From: Emiliania huxleyi CCMP1516
Taxonomy: Eukaryota
Reading direction: 5' to 3'
Length of the DNA: 64,000 nucleotides
Assembly (NCBI RefSeq): GCF_000372725.1
Contig: NW_005202427.1
Span: 62,001 to 126,000, forward strand
Made by a program: the position numbers and the translations under genes. The notes under the pieces were generated by a model, which made no database searches, was not told the DNA's origin, and was given only the letters and a program-made list of their open reading frames with translations. Shown one piece after another: positions 10,886 through 23,590 of this stretch (within the stretch, counting starts at the first letter, position 1; every line of letters starts with the position of its first letter).

Positions 10886-12694
10886 GCGGGTGGGTAGGCC
10901 CTAAAACGGCGGGAGGGGTAGGGGTGCCGCTGTACGGCTGTAGGGGTGTGGAGGGGTCGGGAGGGCGGGAGTGTGACCGTGACCTAAAGCCCTCCACCGA
11001 TAGAGTTGTCAGGCGGCAGGGCCCAGGAGGGCACTCGGAGGGGTGGGGGCTGGGAGGGCTGGCCAAAAGTGAGGCGTAGGAGGGCTTGTGAGGGCTTGGG
11101 AGAGGTGGAGAGCTCGGAGGGGTCGGAGGGGTCGGAGGGCAGAGAGGCACGAGGGTGGCGCTGGTGGGCTCGGGAGGGCTCGGGAGGGCTCACAAGGGAT
11201 GGAGTGCCCGGAGGGCTCGGAGGGGCGAGCCGCCGAGCCGGGCTCGGGGGGCTCGGAGGGCTCGGAGGGCACGGAGGGCTCGGAGGGCTCGGAGGTCTTG
11301 CTTGTTTCTCCGCACCCTCTCTTATATTCTTTCCTTTCCTATGCTCTGCTCACTCCATTTTCTTTATCTCTTCTACCCTTTATTTTCCGTTCCTTGAGCT
11401 AGTCTACCTCTCTTCATCCTCCCTCGTCTTGCTTCTATGTTTTCATTCTTTGCTCTACTTTCTTAGCTTCTCTTNNNNNNNNNNNNNNNNNNNNNNNNNN
11501 NNNNNNNNNNNNNNNNNNNNNNNNNNNNNNNNNNNNNNNNNNNNNNNNNNNNNNNNNNNNNNNNNNNNNNNNNNNNNNNNNNNNNNNNNNNNNNNNNNNN
11601 NNNNNNNNNNNNNNNNNNNNNNNNNNNNNNNNNNNNNNNNNNNNNNNNNNNNNNNNNNNNNNNNNNNNNNNNNNNNNNNNNNNNNNNNNNNNNNNNNNNN
11701 NNNNNNNNNNNNNNNNNNNNNNNNNNNNNNNNNNNNNNNNNNNNNNNNNNNNNNNNNNNNNNNNNNNNNNNNNNCCCCCCCAGCAGTTCCTTGGCGAGGA
11801 CTAGTCACCAGAAAGGCGGCCGCTTTTGCCTACAAAGTTAAAAAACGGTGATCGAAGGACCAATTTGTTGGAGAATTTGGCCATTTCTCACAGTTAAAGG
11901 GGGGGCGGTGGACGCCCCCCCAGAGGCTTCACCACATGCTAGGGGGGGGGTCCCGCCCCCCCCAGAACCTTCACCACATGCTGGGGGGGGGGGTCGTGGC
12001 CGAGGACCCCCCACAGAGACTCGTGGTCAGAACCCTCCGGGCCCTTGATTTTACGCCTCATTTCGCAGCATTTTCGAGGGGAAAATCATCCTTTGGAGCT
12101 ACATGAGCCTTGAGACTGGTCAGATTCTCCAAGATATTGGACTTTCAGCCACGATTTTACAACTTTGGGGGCAAAATCGGTCGGCTCTCTGGCGACAATT
12201 CCTAGCCCACGAACTGCTGGGGGGTGCCCACCACATGCTAGGGGGGGGGTCCCGACCCCCCCAGAGGCTTCACCACATGCTAGGGGGGGGGTCCCGACCC
12301 CCCCACAGAGGCTTCACCACATGCTAAGGGCGCCCCACCCCCTGGAAGCGATGTGCGCCTGCTCTTTTGCGACCCCTCCCGGAGGGCCCTTCCGACCCCT
12401 CTCGAGCCCTCCCGCCACGAAGATCCTCCCCTGTCCGACCGTCCCTCCGAGCCCACCCGGCGTCCGGGGAGGGGGTTAGCCCTGTGGAGCCCTCCCGACG
12501 CCGATCCGACGGGGACCCCTCCAGCTCTGTGGGCTGGCGAGCCCTCCGGTCGGAGGGGTGGAAGTGGGAGGGCTCGAAGACGGACCTCTCTCGCTCCGGG
12601 AGGGTGGAGGGGTGGAGGGGTGGTTGAGCCCTCTAGCTCTGTCGATATAGCCCTACGGATACCCCTCCCGCCGTTTTAGGGCCTACCCACCCGC
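10886..12694. mobile_element. Non-autonomous TIR element (35-bp TIR) spanning the first gap
   Basis: gcgggtgggtaggccctaaaacggcgggaggggta at 10886-10920 with exact reverse complement at 12660-12694; internal ggagggctc arrays and about 40-bp tandem units (cagaggcttcaccacatgcta). No TSD seen. Confidence 0.7.
11475..11774. other. Assembly gap
   Basis: Run of N. Confidence 1.
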
Positions 12695-12791
12695 TATGGT
12701 CCTGGGGGCCTAAGATCTAAGTGCACTGAGACGACTGTTCCAGGCATGTGAGATGTGTTTAGCGAGTTTTGCCCGTAGGTTTTGCCTTTAT

Positions 12792-13147
12792 CTGAGCCCT
12801 GGCCTGACAGCCAAACAGTAAACCCGGACAGCACCTGACAGCTGGCCTGCCCGACAGTCGGACACTGACAGCACTATCTCTGATAGCCTGACAACGAGCA
12901 CCGAAGCAGTCTCGGGGACGATGAACTTCTGGCCATCGGCTCGATGGCCGTTCCGATAGAGTTTGATTCGCATCCTGATTCAATCGTCTTTGCTCGCAGC
13001 TCCAGCGTCGAGACGCACGGACTCACCTACCTCCGTCTGCCGCACGCCGCTCTCTCTCCCCGGAGGCGGGCAGCGAGTGGAGCGCCGCCGGTCCCAGAGA
13101 CGATGCCGTAGCGATTCTTCGCGCAATCGCGGCAACGATTCTTCACA
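12792..13147 (+). mobile_element. Left end of the CTGACAG-array element followed by a copy of 9632-9868
   Basis: ctgagccctgg terminus as at 50383; ctgacag repeats; 12910-13147 is essentially identical to 9633-9870. Confidence 0.7.
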
Positions 13148-13456
13148 GGGGTTTACACTGATCGCTCTGTTTTTCCTCTTTTGGTGCCTCACCGATTTCG
13201 CACGGCAAACTAGGCATCCGGGCGCAAGCAAGAGGAGGGCTTACTACTTCCTTGGGACCCCTCCACTTCGCCCTCACAAATAAAGTACGAACTCCGGAGA
13301 GTGCTATTAGAACCAACTAATCACCGAGAAAGCGGATAGAAAACAAGAACACAACGCACTCTCTCACATGACAAGCGATCCCACGACAGCGAGTGTGCTG
13401 TGTGGGGACTACATGATCCGTACGTGAAGGGTGGAGGGGCCCGTCCGTCCGCAGAG

Positions 13457-14390
13457 CTAGGCGGCGCGGGCACCCCCCACTGGGGCCGAGGACAAGAGGC
13501 CGTTTGCCGCTTGCTTGTTCTTGATCCAGTTGGTGCGCACAGTGCGCGCCTGCTTGTTGATGTTTTCGGCGTCGCCCGCCACCGCCGCCATGGAGATCTG
13601 CTGCGTGTGGTGGACGACGAAGGAGGAAGCGCTCGCCGACGCCGCCCCATACACCGTCGTCCGGTCCGTGTTGGTGCCCACCGCTTCCTTGGCGAACACG
13701 TGGAGGAACTGCTTGGTGGGCGGCGCAATGCCACCCAAAGTCTCCACGAGCACCAGCCGCGTTATGGCTTTCTTGACCCACTTCGCGTCGTAGTACTGCG
13801 CCCCCATCGCATCCATTTCCAGCCTGCACTCTTCTTGACCCACCCGTCTCCATACGGGGGCGTGGTCTTTGACCCATCCCTTTCCAGTCGAGTGGTCGAG
13901 CGTTCCGTCCACCTGACGGCCACGCTTCTTGCACCCCACGACCGCCGTCAACGCCTTGTCGAGCGTGTTTCCAAACCCGTAGAGGTGGCCCACCGACGCC
14001 ACACTGCCACAGAACACTCAAACGGGCTTGTGGAGCAGAGCCACACGCTACGCAGCAGCCCTAAGATGCCCTGAGCACACGTGCAAGCGCCCATGATCAT
14101 ATCTCGTCGTGCACTGCACTCGCCTGACAGTAGTTTGCGGAAGACCGCCGCCAGCATGTCGTCGCACCGGCGCTGCCGGTGGGCGAAGGCAGCCACCGCG
14201 GGTCCAGCAGCGCGAGCTGGTGTGCATCCGCGCTCCCAGAGTATGTCGGTGGATGGCCTTGACCAGGCCTGAGCAGCTCAGGAGTGGAGGCAGCCTCTGT
14301 CTGGACGAGCAGCGCTGGATCGCCAAACCAGCAGAAGAGCGCCGAGCGGCGGCGCCGACTCCGTGAGGGCCACTCCAACTCGCACATCTC
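13457..14390 (-). mobile_element. Degenerate 3' fragment of a probable non-LTR retrotransposon ORF (RLE-type C-terminus)
   Basis: GHLYGFGNT...VETLGGI...SFVVHHTQQISMAAV resembles, from recall, C-termini of RLE-clade non-LTR elements; upstream frames are broken and no RT motifs are visible. Confidence 0.45.
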
Positions 14391-14909
14391 AAGCTGTATC
14401 TCGAGAACGGCTCACGGGAGAGAGAGTAAGCTAAGTACGTAACTCACGGGAGGGACGTATATATCTTAGCGAATTCACAGCCTTGTTATTGAGAAGAAAA
14501 TACCTCGTATGGCGCTGTGCGCTGGTCTGTGAGAGGCTGAGGTGCGAGCCCTGGAGGCCCTGGGGATATTCACATACCTTGATGACATTGAGAAGAAAAT
14601 ACCTCTCCTATCTCTCGGGCGCTACGCGGCCTACGCGGCGCTGGTCGGTCTATGAGAGGTTGAAGGTGCAAGCGCTGGCCTGTGGAGGTTGCGTTGGACG
14701 AGGCCCGCGCGCGTGTGCAGGGGATGGGCGGAGGCAGGCTACCCGCAAGCCTAGAAGGCCCCCGCGCGCGCAGGGGGGTTTCACATGCACATGTGCATGC
14801 ACATGTGCATACGAAAAGACAGTACACGTCAGTACACAACGATCAAGTTTGACACAATCGAGAACATGCACACCTGGGTAGAGGGTGCGAAATAATACCA
14901 GCGGTGGCG

Positions 14910-17900
14910 TCAAGGACCCGCGGTCGCCGCATGCGCGAACACCTCCTTCATGACACGGGGCAGCTTCGCCACGTCCTGCACCGCAAAGCCCTGCCCGAGC
15001 GGCAACTGCTCGGCGAGCCACTCGGCGGCTGCGGGCTCGGCCACGAAGACGCAGTACGCGCGCACGTGTGGGTTGCTACGCAGCGCCTCGCCAATCTCCT
15101 CCGGGCTCACGTCGTACCGGCCGAGGTTCGCGTCGGAGAGCAGGACAACGATGCGCTCGTCCGCGTCCGCCCGGCCGGCCGCCTCGACGGCGCGGCGCAC
15201 CGCCTGCAGCGAGTTGTCGCCCGAGGGCGCAGACCACGCATGCGCGAAGAGCGCGCCGACGACACGCGCGCGCTCCCCCTCCTCCGCACCTGCTGTTGCG
15301 CCGCCCGCGCGTCGGCGTCTTCCCAGCGCCAGCCACCGCGGAGGGCGAGAGTGGGAGGCGCGCCGCTCGACGAGAAGGTGACCCGCGGCAGCTGCTGGAC
15401 CGAGAGGAGCGCGTCCTTGCCTGGCCTCGGGCAGACAATCGCGGCGCTCTCCTCGCCGCCCGGAAGCGGCACGGCGGCGGCGATGTGGCAGTCCGCCTCG
15501 GCGTCAGAGGCGAGAGGAGAGGCTGGGTCGAGCTCAAAGAGCCACGCACGGGGCGTCGCGTCGATACAACCGGCGAGCTGCAGCGCGCAGAGGTGCGCCG
15601 TGCTGTGCGCGCCGCTCGCCGCGCCCTCCTCCGCGCTGCCCATGAGCCGCAGCTGGAGCAGCAGGCCGGCGGGGCCTCCCACCTCACCACACGGGCCGAG
15701 GACGCGCCCCCCCGCGACGACCGCTCCGCGCTGCGCCAGCTCTGCCGGCAGAGCGATCGAGTAAGCGGTGCCCGCAGCAGCCCCGCCCTGCTCGCCCCAC
15801 CGCGCGAGGCGCACCGCGAGCACCGAAGCCTCGCCGCGGCGCATCGCCAGCAGGCAGCCCGCCGCGGTATCAGCGCCCGCGGCGAGCAGCGCGTGCGGAC
15901 GGCGGCCGCGCTGTCGGCGGAGGAGGGCGCCGGTCCACGGCACCGGGTGCACCGCTCCGCCGTGGAAGCTCTCGGGGAGCTCGACAAAGGAGGCGGCGCC
16001 GATGGCGGCGCCGTGCGTGTCGTCGGCGCGGTTGGGCGGCCGCAGGCGATAGATCGCGCCGCTGCCGGCAGGGTGGAGCAAGGCCTCGTCCGCCTCGACG
16101 CCCTCGGCGAGCATGACGTCGAGGCTGCCCGTCTTGCTCGCCAGCTCCAGCGTCGAGACGGACTCACCTCCGTCTGCCGCGCGCCGCTCGCGCGCCACGG
16201 AGGCGGGCAGCGAGTGGAGCGCCGCCGGCCCAGAGGCGAGGACGTGGATGGCGCCTCCTCGCGCGAGGCACGCGACGCAATGCGGCGCACCCTCCTCCTC
16301 GCCCCACAAGAGCTGGAGCTCGCGCACCTCCTCCGAGAAGGCTGCTCCGGCGCGGCCCTCGACCGCCTCCACGGCGCTGCCGAGGGGGCGCACACGCTGG
16401 TCCGACGGCGCGAACTGGTAGCTCACGTTCCGGGCCTTGAGCTCGTGCGACGTCACCTCACACGCCAGCGGCGCCGCCGAGTCGCGACGTCCGTCCACCG
16501 GCTGTGCGGCGGGCAGGACGACCTCCCTCGCCAGCTCGACCGTCAGCGCCGGCGCCGCCCCGCCCGCGGCGTCGAGGGCGATGCCCTGCCGCGCGAAGGC
16601 GGAGCGCAGCTGCTCGGTGGCGACGGGGTCCATCGCGTCGAAACTGGCGACGTTGCCCAGCGCCTGCCCGACCGAGTCCTGCGGGAAGGCTTGCAGATGT
16701 TTGATGACGGACACCTGTTCCCGCACCGAGAAGGGGTACGCCAAGAGCCCGTCGCGCACGAGGCAGCGGAGCTCGTCAAAGGCGCCGACGATACGCCGGT
16801 GGACGTGGGGCGGCACGCTGGTGCCGAAGGGCGCCATCAGCTCGAGTTGCGACGCGGCGTCCGGGTTGTCCACCACGTGCGCCGCGAAGACGGTGCCGCA
16901 CTCTCTGAAGAAGTCGTTGCCGAGGAAGGGGAAGCCGGGCCGGTTGGCGAGGGTGAGGACGCGGAACCGGTCGTGGATGATCACGTCCTCCTCCCTCAGC
17001 AAGCTCCCCTCGGCGGCCGCCGCCTCGGGCGAGAGGACGCGCCGCCCATCTGAGAGCAGCATTTGGCCATCCGCGAGCAGCGACTTGAGCACGGCCACCA
17101 CCTCGAGCGGCGCTTTGTCAGCCTCATCCAGCATCAGCACGTGGCCGTGCCGCAGCGCGAGCACCAGGGGGCTGTCCCGCCACTCGACGGCGCCGCCGAC
17201 GAGCTCCGCCTCGACGGTGAGGGACTGGACGGTCGAGTCGCGGTGCAGCTGCATGTACTGGCGCTCGAGCCGCAGCAGTTGCAGCAGCCGGTCGGCGAGC
17301 TTGTTCTTGCCCGTCCCTTGGTTGCCGATGAGCAGCACCGCGCGCTCGCCGGCGACGAGGTCGGCGGCGAGGTCCTCGAGGAGGCGGAGGTGCGTCGGGT
17401 TGTCGTGAAAGGCGGGGTCCGGCACCAGCTCGGGCTGAGAGACGGAGTCGGGAAGCGGCAGCCTCGCCCGCCCGATCGCGATGCTGCGCTTGCCGCCGTC
17501 GCCGCTAAGCTCGCAGACGCGCACCTCTCTCGCCGCATCGAGCGCCGCCACCGCCGCGCACTGCTCCTCAATGCCCAACGCCGCGACCACCGGCTGCAGC
17601 GCCCGCGCCACGCGCGCCTCAAAGTCCGCGATCAGGGCGGGGCTCATCAGTCCGGCGCAGAGAGACCGGCGCACACCGTGCTGCACTGCGAGAAGCTGGG
17701 CGGCGGCAAGCTCGGCGCCGCCGGCGCCACCGTCGCCCGCCGCCGCCGCGCGGCGCGCCACTCGCTTGAGCTGCCGAGGCGAGAGGGAGAGCCCACCCGG
17801 GGGAGCGCCAGAATATGAGTCGAGGGCGTCCCCGCCGGGAACGGACGTGTCGAGGGCGTCAGCGATGCAGAGCAGAGCCTCCCGCGCCGCCGGTTGCAGC

Positions 17901-19701
17901 GCCGGGCACAGCGCGGCGAGCCAGTCGGCCATCTCGCCCTCGCCGATCGGCGGGAGCTCGTGCCACGCGAAGAGAGGGAGCAAGTCCGACGAGAGCCAGC
18001 GGTCGGTCGGGCTCGGAGGCTGGGCGAGCGCGACGACGCGGAAGGATGGGTGGACTCGGCGGACCGAGCAGCTGTCGGCGAGCTGCTGCGCGGTGAGGCC
18101 GAGCCGCTCCCGCAGCGCGTCGAAGTGGCCGGCGCGAAGGAGGCGAGTGCCGTCGTGCAGCGTCGCCTCGCCGTCGAGCAGCAGCTGGTGCAGCGAGGCG
18201 AGCCCGTCGGGTCGCAGCCGGTGGATGCCGTCGAGGACGCAGAGGTCGCCCGCGAGCGCCGCCTCGACGAGCGGCGAGTCGCGCCAGCTGGTGTTGCCCG
18301 CCGTGTCGAGGGTTCTAGCTGGCGGTACAGCGGCACCGTCCGCACGCGGTAGCCGAACGCCGCGCCGAACCGGTGCGCCAAAGCGCTCTTCCCTCCCCCG
18401 GCGGCGCCAACGAGGCAGAGGTGCGCCCCGCTGGCGTGGTCCTCCGCCATCGCAAGCAGGCAAGCGCGCAGCGCCGGCGTCTCCACCCACGCCTCGCCGC
18501 CGCCGACCGCCCCGCCGCTCGCCGTGCCGTGCAGAGCACCGACAGGGACCTCGACGCCGCGCGTGCACCCGAGCCCGACCCTCGCCGTGACGCCCTGCCC
18601 CGCGATGACGCCCTCGACGACCGCGCCGTCCGGCTCCACGACACTGGCAGGCCGCCTTTGGCCCTGCAACTGGGATGGCGGCGGCATGCCGGCAGCCTCG
18701 AACGCCGCCGCCACGCCCGCCGCCTCCGGCGCCTCGAGCCCCATCAGCCGGTGTGGAAAGCTGCGGTGGAGGAGGGGTGGCAGTGCGTCGCCGCCGCCGC
18801 AGTCATAGTGCGCCGGGAAGGAAGCGAGGACTCTGGCCGCCCGCCGCAAGGAGCAGTCGCTGAGGTGGAGGAGCCTTCCTTCCGCCTGCCCGCCACCGCT
18901 CCCTCTCGCCGCCGCCCGCACCGCCTCTGCCCAGCTCACAAGGCTCTGCGCCGCACCCCGCGGCGCCGCCTCGCGGCTCGACGAGAGCAGCGCGCGCACC
19001 GAGGCGAGCTGCAGCGCGGGCGGCGGCACTCCGCAGAAGAGGCCTTGGAAGCGAGAGCGCAGCGGCGGGTCGAGCGGGAAGCCGGCAAAGGCAGGGACGG
19101 GCAGCCCGGTGGCGATGACGCGAAAGTCGTGGTGGACGCGCACGTAGCCTCGAGCGGCGAGAGAGGCGTGCGTGTGGTCGCCGCTCGCGAGGAGCGCGTC
19201 GAAGCGCGCTGGCGACATGAGGAAGCGACCGTCGGGGAGGCCCATCTCCCGGTTCTCGAGCAGGTTGTTGAGCGTGGGCAGCACGTTGCGCTCCGCCTTT
19301 TCGACGCCGTCGAGCAGCAGCAGCCTCCCGGCAATGGCGGCCCGAACGGGCGCCGCGTCTACATAGTAGACGTTGCCGTCCAGCACCTGCCGCCGCTGCT
19401 TGAGGTCGGCCTCGGTGGTGTCGGACGAGAGCGCGAGGCTCTCCACCTCGCGGCCCGCAACCTCCGCCCAGCGCAATGCCAGCTGCCGCTTCTGGCCACC
19501 CGGAGGCCCGATGAGCAACACGTCCTGCCCGAGCGCCTCCTTCTGCGCCATCCACCGGAGGTGCTGCGGAGGTGCGGGAGAGCCGGCTGCAGCAAAGGCG
19601 TGCGGCACGAGGTGTGGCGTCTTGGCAGCCGAGACCTTGACAGTCACGTCGGCCACGCGGACGGAGGCAGTGCAGAGTCGCCTCGTGGGGAGCAGCCGCA
19701 T
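14910..19701 (-). pseudogene. VWA8: VWA8-like multi-AAA+ (MoxR type) protein, disrupted
   Basis: Three Walker A motifs (GPPGGQK, GAAGGGKS, GNQGTGKN), ERNVLPTLNNLLENREM, QLHRDSTV and C-terminal LSDANLGRY. Frameshift at about 18310-18325 and a large internal loss at about 15290. Confidence 0.85.
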
Positions 19702-20168
19702 GACCACTACAGCATTCGGCCGTCTCAAGTGCGGTGCATGCTGTAGTGTTCGAAGAGCGTGGGTTCTCGAGTTCTCGACGTGGATATCCTCGCGCGTTGG
19801 GTAGCGAGGTCGGTGTGAATTACGCGCGAGCTGCGTGGAAGACGCGGCGATTTTCTCGGGCGGCTATGTACTCTCTCTTCCATCATGTACTCTCTCTCCA
19901 TGTACTCTCTCTCTCTCTCTCTCTCCCTCCATCTTGCATCTATGCTTCGACTCACCTAGATGCTAGAACCTCTGTTCTTCACCCTCCAGTGTCAAGAATT
20001 TCTTGTTGGTTAATAAAAATCTCTCTCTCCCCAGTGTCCAGATTTGTTGAGTGCATGGGACTTTTCTTTTTCGAAATCGTTCTATAGGTCTACCCTCGTG
20101 GAGAAGCTCACTTCTCTCGTCTCACTTTACTCGCCAACCGCTCCACCAGCCCGTGCACGAACTCTCAC

Positions 20169-21237
20169 TCAGTCACCGCCAACGTACCTCGATATGATCT
20201 CCGTGTTGCCGTCTCGAAAGGTTGCCCCGTTGCACTCCTCGATGCAGCCTCTCGTCAAGGAGAGCTCGTCCACACAAAAGTCTGCCGGCAGCCGCCGCGG
20301 CCGCCCCTCGATCGGCTTCGCGACGTAGCACGAGAGCATCCGCGCGCGCCTCGCCGCGGCGACCACAGTCGAGTGGTCGCTCACGACCATCACCTATGGC
20401 ACGCCGTGCCGCCTGAGGATGGCGGTGCACCCCAGCGGCGCCGGACCTCCGCCGCAGAGGCGCCACCGAGCCGGGAGTGAGGTCGAGGGCCTCCGCCACC
20501 TCGCCCAGCGCCTCCGCCTCGCCGCGCCGCGCTCGTGCGGCCGCGGCCGGGTCGAGCGACGTGGCGAAGGGGGGCACCTGCAGCGACTCGGCGAGCGAGG
20601 CCGCCTGCGCCTCCATCCGAGCCACGTCATCGTCGTCGTCCGACGGGAGTAGCAGCCGGAGCATGCCCCTCATGTCGAGGTAGTGGAGCAGGTCCTTTGC
20701 GCCCGGCTGGAAGGCGTAGCCGCCCGTGTCCACCTGCGCTCGCCGCTCGCTCTCTGAGTGCCGGCGCACCGCCTTCTCGCGCTCCTTCTCGACACGTCCA
20801 AACTCGGTCATGAGGAGCGGCCCGCCCGCGTCGGCGTCGCGGCCGTGGTGCAGGAGCTGCGCGGCTCCACGCGAGCGGAGTTTGTCGGCGTACTTGTCCC
20901 GCGGTGAAGCGGCGCCGGCGCTGGCAGTTGCCTCCACGGTGACTGCAGCCTTGGCAAGGAAGTCAGTCAGCCTGCCGACGAGCTCGTCTCGGTCGCCAAC
21001 ATTGCTGAGCCCCTGCTGACGGCAGTGGTCGCGCAGCTGAGATATTAGCATGGAAGAGATTGTGTCAGCGCGAAGGACGTCGGGCTCGATGATCGGAGCC
21101 GCCGGCCTCGATTGCTCCTTCCGCGCGCGCTCGTGAGGGTGGCGCATGAGCACGCGGGCGTCGAACAAGAGAGCTCTCACGCTGAGACGGCCACCCACCT
21201 TCCAGGCGAGCGATGTGGAGCCCGTGCCGAAGCTCAT
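20169..21237 (-). CDS. SAP-domain protein with HAD-like scaffold
   Basis: SAP-like MLISQLRDHCRQQGLSNVGDRDELVGRL; N-terminal VRALLFD; intron 20394-20466 joins to MVVSDH...ADFCVDEL. Confidence 0.6.
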
Positions 21238-21543
21238 GTACGTATCGCTGGCTTCTACCCGGTACCCGGGTACAGTGGGTTGCGTTATTCCGCGAAAATC
21301 TAAGAAACCACGCGGCCGCAGGCGCGGCCCCGAGAAAAGGCCAGACGAGTGTGAACGGGAGCCTCAGCCGAAAATTTCTCTTCGCCTGCGGCGCGCGCAC
21401 TTGTCACTTTCCAAGTCTGCGGTGTTCTGAGTGGAGTGCGAGTGGATGGAGGCGTGTGTGCGTCTCCCGTCATCCAGAGAGCCGACTCGGCGGCAGACTC
21501 TGGCATCGCCCTCGCCGCTCGCGGACCGCAGCTTACCTCTTAC

Positions 21544-21848
21544 TTGAGCACTTGAGCACTGGATAGGGTCGGTTCCGCATGGTACGGGACCCCTCGATCG
21601 TCTCGCCCACCCTCACTGGTGTGTTCATTGGGGGGGGGCATAACAAACACGGTACAGGATCGAGGTGCACGCTGCCAAAGCAGTGTCGTCCCCCCTCTCC
21701 CCGACGGCGATGGCGGTGTGACCGATCGAGCTACAAGAGGAACTTGTTCAGCAGGATGCCAGGATCCGGGCCGTCGGATGCACTACCTCACTGGGCCTGA
21801 GACCACCGCACGGCCAGCCCTTCACCACTCCGGGTTTGCGTGGAGTCG
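21544..21848 (+). repeat. Interspersed repeat family B, copy 1
   Basis: Reverse complement of about 27338-27650 and of 46372-46525 + 47620-47766. Confidence 0.85.
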
Positions 21849-22002
21849 TGCCTGCAGGAGGCTGTGGCCGCGCGCGAGCGCGCGCTTCGGTCAGTTGTAG
21901 AATGGACTTTTTTGTAGAATGGAGAGTATGCATGTGTGGCACGCGCGCGGATCTTTGGGCCGGTGTTGAACGAACATTTTTATGGCCGTATCGTCGGCGG
22001 GG

Positions 22003-22184
22003 AAAAAGAAAGAAAGAAAACAGACAACCCAAGGGAGGGATGGGAGGACGGCACGCCGCCACCACACAGGGATTTTAAGGAGAGGAGTGATGCGCTAGCC
22101 GTCGCCCACCCTAGGGAGTCTGCCTCTTCCTATCTCTCTTCGCAGTCTCTCGCCGCTTCTCGCTGCAGCCTTCATGCCACCTCT
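22003..22184 (+). repeat. Interspersed repeat family A, copy 1
   Basis: aaagaaagaaaacagacaacccaagggagggatgggaggacggcacgccgccaccacac core shared by six copies in the window. Confidence 0.9.
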
Positions 22185-22261
22185 GTGAGAGAGAGTGCAT
22201 GTTTAAATTCTTTCCTGCTTCCGGGACGCTCGAGGGTCTCGCAGTGGTGCGCACTGAGACG

Positions 22262-22560
22262 ATGTGGCACCTCCTGCTTCTGCTGCTGATCGGCTATGCG
22301 CGTGCCTACGTGATGATGCACGCACCGCCGTCCCGTGTGGCGGCCACCATGCCCGCTGCTGCCGCCGATGCCGTCGTCGTCGCTTCTTCTGGCCCCGTAG
22401 CCGCCGTCCCGGCGATCGCAGCAGCAGCAGCGTCCGCACGTGCGCGTGCCGTGAGAATGGGCCGCTCACGCGCGAAAAAGGTCTTCCAGAAGAAGGAGGC
22501 CAAGGCGGAGGCGCTCGAGGTAAGCAAACGAGCAGCGCCTCCGCTGCCGCCTGCCGCGGA

Positions 22561-22592
<32 letters not shown>

Positions 22593-23152
22593 AGGAGGAG
22601 GTGAACCCGGGTGCTGTCCCCGGCACCGCGCTGCGTATCCTGGAGTACCCGCACCCGCTGCTGCGCGCGCCGAACGCGGAGGTCCGCGACTTTGACGCCG
22701 GGCTGCAGAGACTGGCCAAGGAGATGTTTTCGATCATGTACGCCTCGCGCGGCGTCGGGCTCGCGGCGCCTCAGCTCGGCATCAATCAGCGGCTGATGGT
22801 GTTCAACCCGGAGGGGAGGAAGGAGAAGTGGCTGAGCGAGGTGGTGCTCTGCAACCCGCGCATCGTCGACTCGGGGCCGGGCGGGCCGGTCGAGGTTGAG
22901 GGGTGCCTCTCCTTCCCGGGCTTCACGGCGGACGTCGAGCGGGCGGGCTGGATCAAGGTCGAGTACCAGGACGCGAAGGGGAAGGTGCGGCGCAAGAAGC
23001 TGGTGGGCTGGGAGGCGCGCATCTTCCAGCACGAGTACGACCACCTCGACGGCGTACTGTACGTCGACCGGCTCTCCGAGGCGGAGCGGAGTCGGGTGCA
23101 GCCCGAGCTCGACCAGCTCATCGCGGCGCACGGACCCGGCGGTGCGGAGTAG
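22262..23152 (+). CDS. def: Peptide deformylase, probably plastid-targeted
   Basis: Motifs GVGLAAPQ, EGCLS, QHEYDHL; hydrophobic signal peptide MWHLLLLLLIG followed by an Ala-rich extension. Confidence 0.95.
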
Positions 23153-23590
23153 CCCACGTCTGGGTCCAGCCAACGGCGCTATCCGAGCACTAATTTGGCG
23201 AGGGTAGAGGCGGCCGGGCGCGCGACTCTGTGTCCCCAGCTATAGACCGAGAGTCGAGAGACGATAGCTAGACAAAGAGATGTCCACGTGCGCCGGACCC
23301 GCCCCGCCCCCGGGCGACCGATCGTTCGAAACTCTCCATGTAGATATTTCTTGCGAAATAGGGTAAGATCGAGTTGTACCGCTAGCGGGGGGCGAGGGCT
23401 GTGGTCTATAATTTCAACACCGGCGACCGTCACAATGACTACAGTTAAACTTTAAAGAGAGCCTCTCGCCGCGGCGGCGGCCGGGGCGCAGAGCGCGGCT
23501 GGGCGCGGGCGCGAGCAGCCGAGAGGCCGAGGCCCGACTAAACGAGAACAAAGAATGCCTGCGCAGACGGCCCGAACGGGAAACGGCGGG

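Noticed and set aside
15068..17053. Long antisense/alternate ORFs (e.g. 661 aa) over VWA8, SBNO and others
   Set aside because: Shadow ORFs expected at high GC; Arg/Ala/Pro-rich with no recognisable motifs.
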